Assembly: GCA_041497675.1 (NCBI GenBank)
Contig: JBGQGY010000002.1
Span: forward strand, 1-64,000
Origin: a bacterium
GTDB lineage: Bacteria; Sysuimicrobiota; Sysuimicrobiia; Sysuimicrobiales; Humicultoraceae
DNA: 64,000 nucleotides
Direction of reading: 5' to 3'
The translations under genes were made by a program, and so were the position numbers. Every line of letters starts with the position of its first letter. The stretch's first letter is position 1. The notes under the pieces are model-generated. The model was not told the DNA's origin. It was given only the letters and a program-made list of their open reading frames with translations, and made no database searches. Of this stretch, positions 40,782 through 49,774 are shown piece by piece.

Positions 40782-41678
40782 TCAAACGGCGGGAATCGTG
40801 CGCGTGAGCCACGCAGCCGACGCCTCCACGATCACTCTCGGGGAGGGCATGGGACTATCGACAAAGGCCCACGCCCCTTCGCCGAGGATCACCGTGGCTT
40901 CGACGGAACAGCCGGCCGCAACCAACGCATCTTGCAGCCTCGCGAACTCGGGCTTGACGGCCTGTTGGGGGCTGATCTGCACCAACAGGACCGGCCGGGC
41001 GCCGGCGGCAGCCAATTGCGTCAGGCTCCGGCCTTCCGCGCTGTTGTACAACGCGCGGTGAATTGGATATCCCAACGTATCCAGCACGCCCACGGCAGCC
41101 ACGCGCTCCACGGCCTGCGTCACGGTCAAAGCGCTCGCACCCCCGGCGAGGGCGCTGATCTGGCTCGCGCGGAAGATCTCTCGAAAATATCCCCGACCGT
41201 CCATGACGGGTTCCCACAGAATTAGCGGAGCGCCGGGATGTTGCAGCGCCGTGAGCGCGGCAACCAGACCGCCCCACCGTCCGCCGCAAAACGCCAACGC
41301 GGAAACTCCAGTGCGGGTCTTGAGATACTCGACCGCCGCGGCGGTGTCCTCAAGCATCGTATCGAGGGTCGTGTCGTCAAACGCGCCACTGCTGTGCCCG
41401 GTCCCGCGGTAGTGGAAGCGAATCGTCGCGAGTCCGGCCTTCGCGAAGGCCCGCGCGGTCAGGACATGGGTACCGTACATCTTGTGCTCTTCGGCGAGCA
41501 TTCCCTGGCACATCACCACACCGGCGCGCGGCGCCGCTTCACCCCGGTGAACCACGCAAAAGAGCTCCCCGTGCTGCGTGGGGAGAAACATCGCATCCTC
41601 GTACACCTGCTCCGCCGGATCGACATACCGGGCGACGCGCGGCGGAACGGTCATGCCCACACTTTCAACCCTTGCCAT
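40782..41678 (-). CDS. Alpha/beta hydrolase, exosortase-associated hydrolase 2-like (Arg at the elbow)
   Basis: AEEH, RFHYRGTGHSSG, GGRWGG, LILWEPVMDG. Confidence 0.7.
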   Translation of the reverse strand: MARVESVGMTVPPRVARYVDPAEQVYEDAMFLPTQHGELFCVVHRGEAAPRAGVVMCQGMLAEEHKMYGTHVLTARAFAKAGLATIRFHYRGTGHSSGAFDDTTLDTMLEDTAAAVEYLKTRTGVSALAFCGGRWGGLVAALTALQHPGAPLILWEPVMDGRGYFREIFRASQISALAGGASALTVTQAVERVAAVGVLDTLGYPIHRALYNSAEGRSLTQLAAAGARPVLLVQISPQQAVKPEFARLQDALVAAGCSVEATVILGEGAWAFVDSPMPSPRVIVEASAAWLTRTIPAV

Positions 41679-41709
41679 GGCACCCTCCTGATCGACACAC
41701 GGGTATCAT

Positions 41710-43347
41710 TCAGCGTGCCGTGACGCGATAGACGCCGTATTCGGCATCCTCATATGCGGGGTGCAGGCGACCGCAAGTCCCATCGGTTTGCGCCCGTCGA
41801 AGCACCACGTGAGTCACGGCATAGCGGCGCACCACATCCGAAAGCGTCTGGCAAACCAGCGCCGGATCGTTGAGCCGAGACAGCCCCCAGGCCGTTTCAG
41901 ACCGAGAAACCCACTCGACCAGTTCCACGTCCTTGTACGGAATAGATTTGCGATCGACGAAGACCGGGGCGCCCGTGTAGAGCCGGAACCGCTCCAGCAC
42001 AGGGGGGATCAGGTACAGATCGCCAAGAGACTTGGTCCTTCGCACGAAGTCCATCACGGGCACGCTGGCATCCTGTCTGTCCTCGTCCGCGAGTCGTTGC
42101 GTGTACTGCCAGCCGCCGACCATGAGCAACACGAGGGCCACGGCGCATCCCCATGTCAGGAGACGTTCTCGTTGGGCAGTGTCTTTCACAAACCGACTGT
42201 CGAACCAGGACACAAGAGCGGCCGCCAGCACACTTGTCGCTACCGGAACCACATACACGGACAACCGCCACGGAAACAGCAATGCCAGGCCGGGGCTTCC
42301 CGATACCACCTGGACCACGGTGAGCACGACACCGACCACCGTGGAGATCAGCAGCACGGCGAAGAGCCGTGGCGATCGCCGGGCGACGACAAGTCCGGCA
42401 CACACCAAGACTATTTGCACGTACGCAGGCGTGCCGAGCCACCGGTGGACAAGTGCATGGTGTTGCAACCGCACATTCATCAGAACGTCCTGCGCGGCCG
42501 CCCATGCCGATGGGGAGGTCGGACGGAACGCGACCACCACGTACGCGGCCATTGGCAGCAGCAGCAGCGCTCCGAGAATCCCGATACCGACGGCCTGCCG
42601 AGTATCTCGAGTCTCCTTGATGATGACGAGTACGTACGACAGGATCAGCACGCCGGCTGCCAGCAGGTACGCGGGATGCAAGATGGCGGCCGCGGCTCCG
42701 TGGACGACGGCGACCTTCCGACGGTCTTGTGCGAACGCGTGGATGGACGCGATGAGGAACACTCCGGCCATACTCGGCTGCAGAATATCTCCCATCAGGA
42801 ACTGCCCGGCAACACCATTCGTGAATACCGCCCGCAGGTCGATGCCGAGGGTCGGCAGCGACAGCGCGGCCAGCAGCGCCGAGTGTATCCCCAACAACAG
42901 CATCACGTACGCCGCCAGCCTGGTCCGTGAGGCGTCCACCGGCACAGTGCGCAAAGTCAGACCGATGAGCCCGCTAAAGTAGACGCCGGCCAGAACCATG
43001 AAGTAGACGAAAAACAACCCCTCGTGAAGATAGCGCGTAGTCAACTCGACCAGGAAGCTGAATATGGGCGTCGGGTCAACCGTCGTCGCCAGCCAGTCGT
43101 GGCGCAGGAGACCCACGCCGGCCCGGGCAAATCCATGAAGGAAGTATTGATTTTGATTCGATGTGTACAGCGGCGCCTGTCCGTAGATCACACCCCCGAC
43201 AATCGCCAGGATGGCGAACGTGCCCAGGCGCAGGAGCATGACGCGAACGGCGGCCACGCTCCCGGATGGCCATGCCGGAGCGGGTTCGACCTTCGGCCCC
43301 GCCTCGGTGGCGGTTGCCCGCCCGGCGTCCAGGCTGAAGCCCTTCAT
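41710..43347 (-). CDS. Polytopic membrane protein, DUF6798-like (paralog of 32128..33783)
   Basis: SNQNQYFLHG, LFPWR, YLIPP..FRLYTGAPVFVDRKSIPYKD; ATG overlaps the upstream stop. Confidence 0.65.
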   Translation of the reverse strand: MKGFSLDAGRATATEAGPKVEPAPAWPSGSVAAVRVMLLRLGTFAILAIVGGVIYGQAPLYTSNQNQYFLHGFARAGVGLLRHDWLATTVDPTPIFSFLVELTTRYLHEGLFFVYFMVLAGVYFSGLIGLTLRTVPVDASRTRLAAYVMLLLGIHSALLAALSLPTLGIDLRAVFTNGVAGQFLMGDILQPSMAGVFLIASIHAFAQDRRKVAVVHGAAAAILHPAYLLAAGVLILSYVLVIIKETRDTRQAVGIGILGALLLLPMAAYVVVAFRPTSPSAWAAAQDVLMNVRLQHHALVHRWLGTPAYVQIVLVCAGLVVARRSPRLFAVLLISTVVGVVLTVVQVVSGSPGLALLFPWRLSVYVVPVATSVLAAALVSWFDSRFVKDTAQRERLLTWGCAVALVLLMVGGWQYTQRLADEDRQDASVPVMDFVRRTKSLGDLYLIPPVLERFRLYTGAPVFVDRKSIPYKDVELVEWVSRSETAWGLSRLNDPALVCQTLSDVVRRYAVTHVVLRRAQTDGTCGRLHPAYEDAEYGVYRVTAR

Positions 43348-44120
43348 GTGCCCGCCTTGTGGGCCACGCACAGCAGCGACAGCCCCAGCGGAAGATCCAT
43401 CACCCGGATCAAACTTCGCTCCAGTAGCAGCACGCGATACGCCAACCAGTTCCACGGGTTGGCGAGGTCGAGTGGATCAGCCTGCGGTCTTGCGTCACGA
43501 CGCACCGCCGATATCAAGCGGACGGCCACCGCGACGGGAAGCAGCAGGGCGTTGAAGTAGGTGACCCGCACGACCTGAAACCCGCACGCCTCAAGGAGCC
43601 GCCGGATCTCGCCACGCGAGTAGCGCCGGACATGTCCCAGGGCCCTGTCGTGTTCGCTGTACAACCACGACAGCGCGGGGACGGTGATGAGCAACGTGCC
43701 GCCAGGTTTCAGCACGCGAAAGCACTCGCGAAGCACGCGTCCGTCGTCCTCCACGTGCTCGAGGACATCGGTGATCCCCGCCAGATCCAGCGCGTCCCCT
43801 CGTAGCGGCATGCCCTCAAGCGTCCCGATAGCCAGGTTTCGATATCCCCGCGTGCGGCACACGGCGACTGCCAATGGCGAGATGTCAATGCCCACGACCT
43901 CACCATGCGCACGCAGGACGTCGGCCATCCCGCCGGCGCCGCATCCAAGATCACCGACGGTGCCGTTCGCGGCGCCGTTCAATTGACTCTCTAAGACCGC
44001 CCGGACGAGATCCCGGCGGCCGCGGACCCACCAAGAGGTCTGGTCGGACTGGGCCAGGCGGGCGATCTCCTGTTCGTTGGGCCCAAACGCCTCGGGGTGA
44101 TGGTCGACGCCGGTCGACAC
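43344..44120 (-). CDS. Class I SAM-dependent methyltransferase
   Basis: WWVRGRR, DLGCGAG, DVLEHVEDD, TVPA..WLYSEHD...HVRRY. Confidence 0.85.
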   Translation of the reverse strand: MSTGVDHHPEAFGPNEQEIARLAQSDQTSWWVRGRRDLVRAVLESQLNGAANGTVGDLGCGAGGMADVLRAHGEVVGIDISPLAVAVCRTRGYRNLAIGTLEGMPLRGDALDLAGITDVLEHVEDDGRVLRECFRVLKPGGTLLITVPALSWLYSEHDRALGHVRRYSRGEIRRLLEACGFQVVRVTYFNALLLPVAVAVRLISAVRRDARPQADPLDLANPWNWLAYRVLLLERSLIRVMDLPLGLSLLCVAHKAGT

Positions 44121-44121
44121 C

Positions 44122-44919
44122 TTAGGGCTTCTCCGAGAGCGCCGGCGGCTGCCGATCGTTGACGACCGCAGCCATAGCCGTCACATCATACTGGTTGGTC
44201 CGCAGCCAGTAGGCGATCCTCACCATGTCACGGAACATGCTCAGGCTGTCGCGCCCGAGGCTCACCTTGCTGTGGTTCACATGCGACCAGCGCACCGGCA
44301 CCTCGACCAGACGGTAGGCTGCCTGTGCGGCCAATCCCAAGACTTCCACGTCAAAGGCGAATCCGTCGATCTTTGCGTGGGCGAACAGCCGCCGGGCGAC
44401 CGAGCCGCGGAAGAGCTTGAACCCGCACTGCGTGTCGAACACCCCGGGCAGGATGGCGAGCTGCACAAACACGTTGAACAGCCGCCCCATCATTTCGCGG
44501 TAGATGGGCTGGCGCAGGACGAGTCGCGAGCCACGCATTCCTCGAGAACCGATCGCAATGTCGGCTCCCGCGTTAATCGGCGCCAGGAGAGATTCGAATT
44601 CCTCAATCGGGGTTGCGAGATCCGCGTCGGTCACCAGGATGAGATCACCGGTCGAGGTCGCGACCCCGCGTCTTACCGCGCTGCCTTTGCCTTCATTGCG
44701 TGGACCCCGCACCAGTTGGATCGACGGGTGGGTGCGCTGAAGAGTGTTGACGATCTCACCCGTTGCGTCGACACTCCCGTCATCCGACACAATAATGTCG
44801 TGCGGCTCGTGCCGACCATTCATGTACTCTGCAATCATGGTAATGGTTCTTTCGATCCGCCGCTCTTCGTTAAAAGCCGGCACCACGATTGATACGTGCT
44901 GATGCCCCGGTCTCTCCAT
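44122..44919 (-). CDS. GT2 polyprenol-phosphate glycosyltransferase (Dol-P-Glc synthase-like)
   Basis: PAFNE, DDGSVD, GKGSAV, DADL, DTQCGFKLF, FAFDVE. Confidence 0.92.
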   Translation of the reverse strand: MERPGHQHVSIVVPAFNEERRIERTITMIAEYMNGRHEPHDIIVSDDGSVDATGEIVNTLQRTHPSIQLVRGPRNEGKGSAVRRGVATSTGDLILVTDADLATPIEEFESLLAPINAGADIAIGSRGMRGSRLVLRQPIYREMMGRLFNVFVQLAILPGVFDTQCGFKLFRGSVARRLFAHAKIDGFAFDVEVLGLAAQAAYRLVEVPVRWSHVNHSKVSLGRDSLSMFRDMVRIAYWLRTNQYDVTAMAAVVNDRQPPALSEKP

Positions 44920-44996
44920 GCTGAATCCTCCTGCGCACTCTCAGCGTTGTCGCGGCGGTTCCACAGCAGGACTCGCCGAAACCAGCGCCGCGTGCG

Positions 44997-46664
44997 TCAT
45001 TCCTGCCCGCAGCTCCACGAGACGCTGAGGACCTCGTAGGCGATGAACTCCGGGAATCTCGCCAGCTCCCGCACTGGGAGCGATGGCTCGCCCCGGAGCA
45101 GCTTCTCGATCGTGCGACCGTACCGCCGGCCCATGGCTTGAGGATCCAGCCCGCCGTCTTCGGCGCGCAGGATCAGGTACGGGTGCTCCCACCCCAGCGT
45201 GGTCAGGGTACTCGCGATGCGCCGGCAATCGCGGTCAAACCGATCGCCACCACGGTACTCGAGGAAAGACGCAAACGACACCACGGGCCGGTCGAGATAA
45301 AACGTATAGTCGAAGCCCCCGTTGCCGACAATCGGCGCACCTGGAGGTGTATTGGCCGCCACCCACTTGACCCACACAGGCGGATCATCAGGGTGCAACC
45401 GCGGGCCACCCGCGGCCATCGCCCGGGGGAGCACCACGCCCGCCACCACGGCCACACAGACAACGGCGACGACCCATGGCAGCGCGCGCCGCGCCGGGGC
45501 CGCGACGATGCTCACAAACACGGCGACCGCGCCGCTGACGCTGACGAGCGCCAACGGATACCCCGGCATCAGCATCCGCGTGCTCAATGACATGAAGCCC
45601 ATCACCAGATGCGCGACGAGCATCCCGGCCCAAAACCCGGCCCAAAGCATGATCAGGAAGCGACGCTCCGCCGTCCCGATCGAGCTCGCAAGCGCGGCCC
45701 TGACCCCTGCGCGGACTCGGTCGCTGCGAAGCAGACCGTACAGCAGCACGCCCCCCCCCGCGAGCACCAGAAGGATCACCGCCCGCCGATCGACGTTGGC
45801 CATCTCAGGCAGGACCAAGACCCGCGACAACAGCTCGAGGGCGTCGGCGGCGATAGTCTTCACGGCGTACGCCGCATGGTACACCAATCCGCGTTCGTCG
45901 GGCGGACGTCCGGCTCCAATCAACGAACCGGTAACGACGACGTTGCGTATTAAGAACGCCACTGGGGGGATAGCGGCGCAGACAGACCACACTGCTGTGA
46001 CCGCCAGCCGCTCTCTGAGTGCGCGTCCCTGAAGATTCACGATCAGGCCCACGGCGCCAATCGGAATCAGCGCCAGCGCCGCGTATCGGGTGAGCGAGGC
46101 CGCTCCCATCGCCAGTCCTCCGAGAGCGGCGATAAGCAATACCCGCGCCGTCGTGGGTTGCGGACGAAGCAGCCTCACGGTAATGACCGCGCACAGCACC
46201 ACGAACAACACGAACAGGTTCTCGGACAGCGCCATGCCGGCGGTACGGGCCACCGGCGGCCACACCGCGAGGAGTAGCGCAGTGATGGTTCCGACACTGC
46301 GATCGAATACGGCCGAGCCCAGCACCCAGACCAGCGCCACGGTGAGGCCAAATGCCGCTATGGACACCAGTTTTGTCGCCTCGGGAGCAGGCACGCCAAG
46401 TTTTGTCACCGCAGCCGCGGCCCCCGGGTAGAGAGGAGGCCAAAACGATATGGGTGACGGCATCTTCGCCGGGTAGTAGGGAGCGAGCAGGCGCGTGGAC
46501 ATGCCTTCGCCGGCCGCGATGCGCCGCGTGAAGTCCACGTACCCCATCTCCATAGGATCCCGGAACGGTGGCGTGTGGGCCGTCTCGAGTAGCGCGACGA
46601 CCATCGCCAGTAGTGCCAAGATCACGGCGGGTAGGGCGCCGACACGCGGCGCAACACGGTTCAT
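44997..46664 (-). CDS. ArnT/PMT-like (GT-C) membrane glycosyltransferase
   Basis: D..GY loop, WPPLYP, LSENLF, LTRY; many TM segments; true start ATG 46664. Confidence 0.8.
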   Translation of the reverse strand: MNRVAPRVGALPAVILALLAMVVALLETAHTPPFRDPMEMGYVDFTRRIAAGEGMSTRLLAPYYPAKMPSPISFWPPLYPGAAAAVTKLGVPAPEATKLVSIAAFGLTVALVWVLGSAVFDRSVGTITALLLAVWPPVARTAGMALSENLFVLFVVLCAVITVRLLRPQPTTARVLLIAALGGLAMGAASLTRYAALALIPIGAVGLIVNLQGRALRERLAVTAVWSVCAAIPPVAFLIRNVVVTGSLIGAGRPPDERGLVYHAAYAVKTIAADALELLSRVLVLPEMANVDRRAVILLVLAGGGVLLYGLLRSDRVRAGVRAALASSIGTAERRFLIMLWAGFWAGMLVAHLVMGFMSLSTRMLMPGYPLALVSVSGAVAVFVSIVAAPARRALPWVVAVVCVAVVAGVVLPRAMAAGGPRLHPDDPPVWVKWVAANTPPGAPIVGNGGFDYTFYLDRPVVSFASFLEYRGGDRFDRDCRRIASTLTTLGWEHPYLILRAEDGGLDPQAMGRRYGRTIEKLLRGEPSLPVRELARFPEFIAYEVLSVSWSCGQE

Positions 46665-46690
46665 GGCATGCTCTCGCGACACTCGGTGGC

Positions 46691-46870
46691 TTAGAACAGT
46701 GTGTAGATGAACGGCGCCAATCCCGTGGCCGCCGCGAGCACGAACAACAGCGCGAACACGACCAGAACCAGGATGAGAGGCGTCGCCCACCAGCGCTTCA
46801 TGTGCCACAGAGACCTGAAAAGTTCACCCACGATCTGCAGTGACGCTCCAATCGCTCTCAACACGTTCAC
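46691..46870 (-). CDS. Small membrane protein, DUF5989/SxtK-like (59 aa)
   Basis: MNVLRAIGASLQIVGELFRSLWHMKRWWATPLILVLVVFALLFVLAAATGLAPFIYTLF; GAGGAGG RBS; not in the ORF track. Confidence 0.85.
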   Translation of the reverse strand: MNVLRAIGASLQIVGELFRSLWHMKRWWATPLILVLVVFALLFVLAAATGLAPFIYTLF

Positions 46871-46897
46871 AGCGCATTCCTCCTCTGTTCCTTCAGC

Positions 46898-48583
46898 TCA
46901 GCGAGCCTCACAGGTCCACTGCGGTTGCTGGATCAGGAATGCTGCAAACTCCGCATGGCGGGCCAGTGGCACGACCGGCAGGGTGGTCGGACGGCCGCGC
47001 AGCAGCCGATCAATCGTCGGCCCATACCGCCGACCCATCAGGTCGATATCGAACTCGCCATCTTCCGCGTGAAGCACGAGATAGGCCTTGTTCCAGCCAA
47101 GCATGACCAGGTGACGGGAGATCAACGCGCAGTCGCGGTCGAATCGGTCACCGGCGCGGTAGACCGCGAACACCTGGAAGGAATAGGCGGGCCGATCAAG
47201 ATAGAAACTGAAATCGGTCGAACGATTCCCAATGATCGGACTTCCCGCCGGCGTATTGGCGGCCACCCACTGTACCCACACGGGCGCCGGATCCGGCGCC
47301 AGCCGCGGCCCCCCGGCCGCAACGGCCCTCGGCAGCACAACGCCTATCGCCGAAATCGCGAACACGATTGACACCGCCCAGACCACAACCCGCCGGGCCA
47401 ACCCCAGGCGCTCAAGGAATGCCATGACGATCGCGATGACGCAGATCAACACCAGCGGATAGCCGGGCATCAACATCCGAGTATTCAACGGTTCGAACGC
47501 CGTCATGCTACGAATCGCCACCATCGCGACCCAGTAGCCGGCTCCAATCACCACGACCAGGCGGCCACTCGGCGAGCTCTTCAGGACGGTACCCGCCTCG
47601 ACCAGCCCGCGACGTACGCGAGGACTGCGCACGAGCCCATAGAGCAACAACCCGACCGCGGCCAGCACAAACAGGATCATCACACGGCTGTCCAGTCCCA
47701 ACGCTTCAGGGATGACCGTGAGACGCCACAACAGCTTCAACCCATCCGTCACCAGGGTCTTCGCTGCGAAGACAACGTGATAGACGACGCCCTGGTCGTC
47801 CGGGGGCCGACCGCGCCCCATGAATGCACCTGTCACGAGCCGATTGCGAACGAGCAACAACACCGGCGGCACGCCGGCGCACACCGACCAGATCGTCACG
47901 AGTTTGAGGCGTTGCCGCCAGGGCTGCACTTCAAGGTTCAAGAGCAAGAACACGCCAGCGATCGCCATCACGGCCAGACCCGGATAGCGGGTCAGGGCCG
48001 CGCCCGCCATCGCCAGGCCCCCAGTCGCGGCAAGGCGGGACGCCCCTGGTGTCGCCGCGTCGCGGAGGAGCCGAGCACTGAACAACACCGACAAGGTCAA
48101 GAACATGATAAAGAGATTCTCCGACAACGCCATGGCGGCGATGCCGGTGACAACGGGCCATGCCATCAGCAGTAGCGCCGCAGTCGTGCCCACCCCTTCA
48201 CCGAAGACCTCCCTACCGATGACCCACACCACTCCCACTGAGACCCCAAACGCCGCCACAGACACGATCCGCGAGGCGATCGCCGCGTCGACTCCCACTG
48301 CGAGGAACGCGGCAATCACGGCCGGATACAGCGGTGGCCAGAGGGCTATTGGCGACGGGAACTTCGCCACATGCGAGGGGAAGTAGATGGTCGATACAAT
48401 GCCTTCGCCCCGCGCCAGGTGGCGCGCCATATCCACGTAGATCATCCCGGTGGCATCGAATCCCGGGGATGTTGCCGTCTGGGCCAAAGCCGCCGCGATG
48501 CCCAAGGCGATGAAACACACAACCCAAACGGTGCGCCGTGATTCCGCGATCACCGGCCTGCGCCACGCACCATTCGCCACCAT
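46898..48583 (-). CDS. ArnT/PMT-like (GT-C) membrane glycosyltransferase (paralog)
   Basis: WPPLYP, LSENLF, LTRY, RMLMPGYP; colinear with 44997..46664. Confidence 0.8.
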   Translation of the reverse strand: MVANGAWRRPVIAESRRTVWVVCFIALGIAAALAQTATSPGFDATGMIYVDMARHLARGEGIVSTIYFPSHVAKFPSPIALWPPLYPAVIAAFLAVGVDAAIASRIVSVAAFGVSVGVVWVIGREVFGEGVGTTAALLLMAWPVVTGIAAMALSENLFIMFLTLSVLFSARLLRDAATPGASRLAATGGLAMAGAALTRYPGLAVMAIAGVFLLLNLEVQPWRQRLKLVTIWSVCAGVPPVLLLVRNRLVTGAFMGRGRPPDDQGVVYHVVFAAKTLVTDGLKLLWRLTVIPEALGLDSRVMILFVLAAVGLLLYGLVRSPRVRRGLVEAGTVLKSSPSGRLVVVIGAGYWVAMVAIRSMTAFEPLNTRMLMPGYPLVLICVIAIVMAFLERLGLARRVVVWAVSIVFAISAIGVVLPRAVAAGGPRLAPDPAPVWVQWVAANTPAGSPIIGNRSTDFSFYLDRPAYSFQVFAVYRAGDRFDRDCALISRHLVMLGWNKAYLVLHAEDGEFDIDLMGRRYGPTIDRLLRGRPTTLPVVPLARHAEFAAFLIQQPQWTCEAR

Positions 48584-48586
48584 CCG

Positions 48587-49762
48587 CTACTTCGCCCCAA
48601 CAAGCCGGTGCACGACCTCGGCAATGGCGCCTGCCACCGTTTCGTTCCCTGCCTCCGTCGCATGGAACCGGTCGATAAAGATGGTCCGTGGGTCGCGTTC
48701 AAAGATCCCAGACAGGTCATGGACGTTGTCCATGGGTGTCGTGTCCAGCCGGCGTTTGAATGCCGCGTCAAACGCGCGATACTGCTCCGCAAACACCCGT
48801 GTGACGTCACCGGTCTGTTGCTCGCCTTGGCGTCGCCACCGGTCTTCGTCCGGCGACAAGACCTTCTTCGAGTACATCGTCGGCTGCCAAAAGAAGACCG
48901 CGCGGAAGCCGAACTCGTGGGCCAGTGCGTTGACCAGCTTCACGTTTGCAAAATAGGTCCCCACCGTCGTGTCCACGAGCGTCGGGTCAATCGACCGTCT
49001 GCGCGCCGCTCTACTGCCGCCCGATCGCCCCAGCGCGCCCGCCACGCTTCGCGTGACCCGGTACATTCCCAGCTTCTCGAGCAATCCTCCCCGCACGTTC
49101 AGGCGATCACGCGAGTTGAATTCAGCGACCCGGTTGAACTCGTTCTGAGGGATCCCGGCAACGCCATTTTGGAACGATGACCATGCATCGTTCACGCCGT
49201 CGTAGAACACCACTACGTCAGGAATGTTACCCCGGCGCAGCTCCAGCATGAGTGTCAGGACGTCCTGCGTTGTGACATACCCGGCCTCTCCGTAGTTCAC
49301 AACCCATGGGGCCGCATTCGGGTTTTTCGCGAGTTTCTTCGAGACGTACGAAGGGATCGTAAACTCGTCACGGCTGCCCCACCCCCACATGGTGGACCCG
49401 CCAAACATGAAGATCTTCGGCTGACCGGCGGTAGGCGATGGTGAAGCGTTCCAGGTATGCCGAAGTCCTTGCGTATCGATATTGATGTAGGTTCCATGGT
49501 ACGGGTGCGATCGCCAGTACACGTAGGAACGCCACCGCGTTTCCTCGGCCGCATGAAATTCAACCATATACCGATGGACCCACGACTGCCCGGGATACGC
49601 CAGCTGCGTCCTGTCCTCGGTAAGAGATCCCGCGACGGGACGGCCCCGATCCCGAGCCCAAAACACCAGTTGGAACGCTCCCTCAAGCATCGCGAGGATC
49701 ACCAGGGTCACGCCAACGCTCACCCAGGCGCGGCGAAGCCACCCCATCACGCGATCACGCAT
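48587..49762 (-). CDS. Membrane-anchored SGNH/GDSL family protein
   Basis: N-terminal TM, FGGSTMWG, YDGVND, DRFH. Confidence 0.82.
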   Translation of the reverse strand: MRDRVMGWLRRAWVSVGVTLVILAMLEGAFQLVFWARDRGRPVAGSLTEDRTQLAYPGQSWVHRYMVEFHAAEETRWRSYVYWRSHPYHGTYINIDTQGLRHTWNASPSPTAGQPKIFMFGGSTMWGWGSRDEFTIPSYVSKKLAKNPNAAPWVVNYGEAGYVTTQDVLTLMLELRRGNIPDVVVFYDGVNDAWSSFQNGVAGIPQNEFNRVAEFNSRDRLNVRGGLLEKLGMYRVTRSVAGALGRSGGSRAARRRSIDPTLVDTTVGTYFANVKLVNALAHEFGFRAVFFWQPTMYSKKVLSPDEDRWRRQGEQQTGDVTRVFAEQYRAFDAAFKRRLDTTPMDNVHDLSGIFERDPRTIFIDRFHATEAGNETVAGAIAEVVHRLVGAK

Positions 49763-49774
49763 ACCGAAACTCGG

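Noticed and set aside
33804..41678. Complete pyoluteorin, prodigiosin or anatoxin antibiotic cluster
   Set aside because: No PKS, KAS or condensation enzymes in the window and the genes are interleaved with wzx; the region beyond 64 kb cannot be seen
44997..46808. ORF-track start at 46808 for the GT-C gene
   Set aside because: The extension overlaps the real 59-aa DUF5989-like gene; the paralog alignment supports ATG 46664
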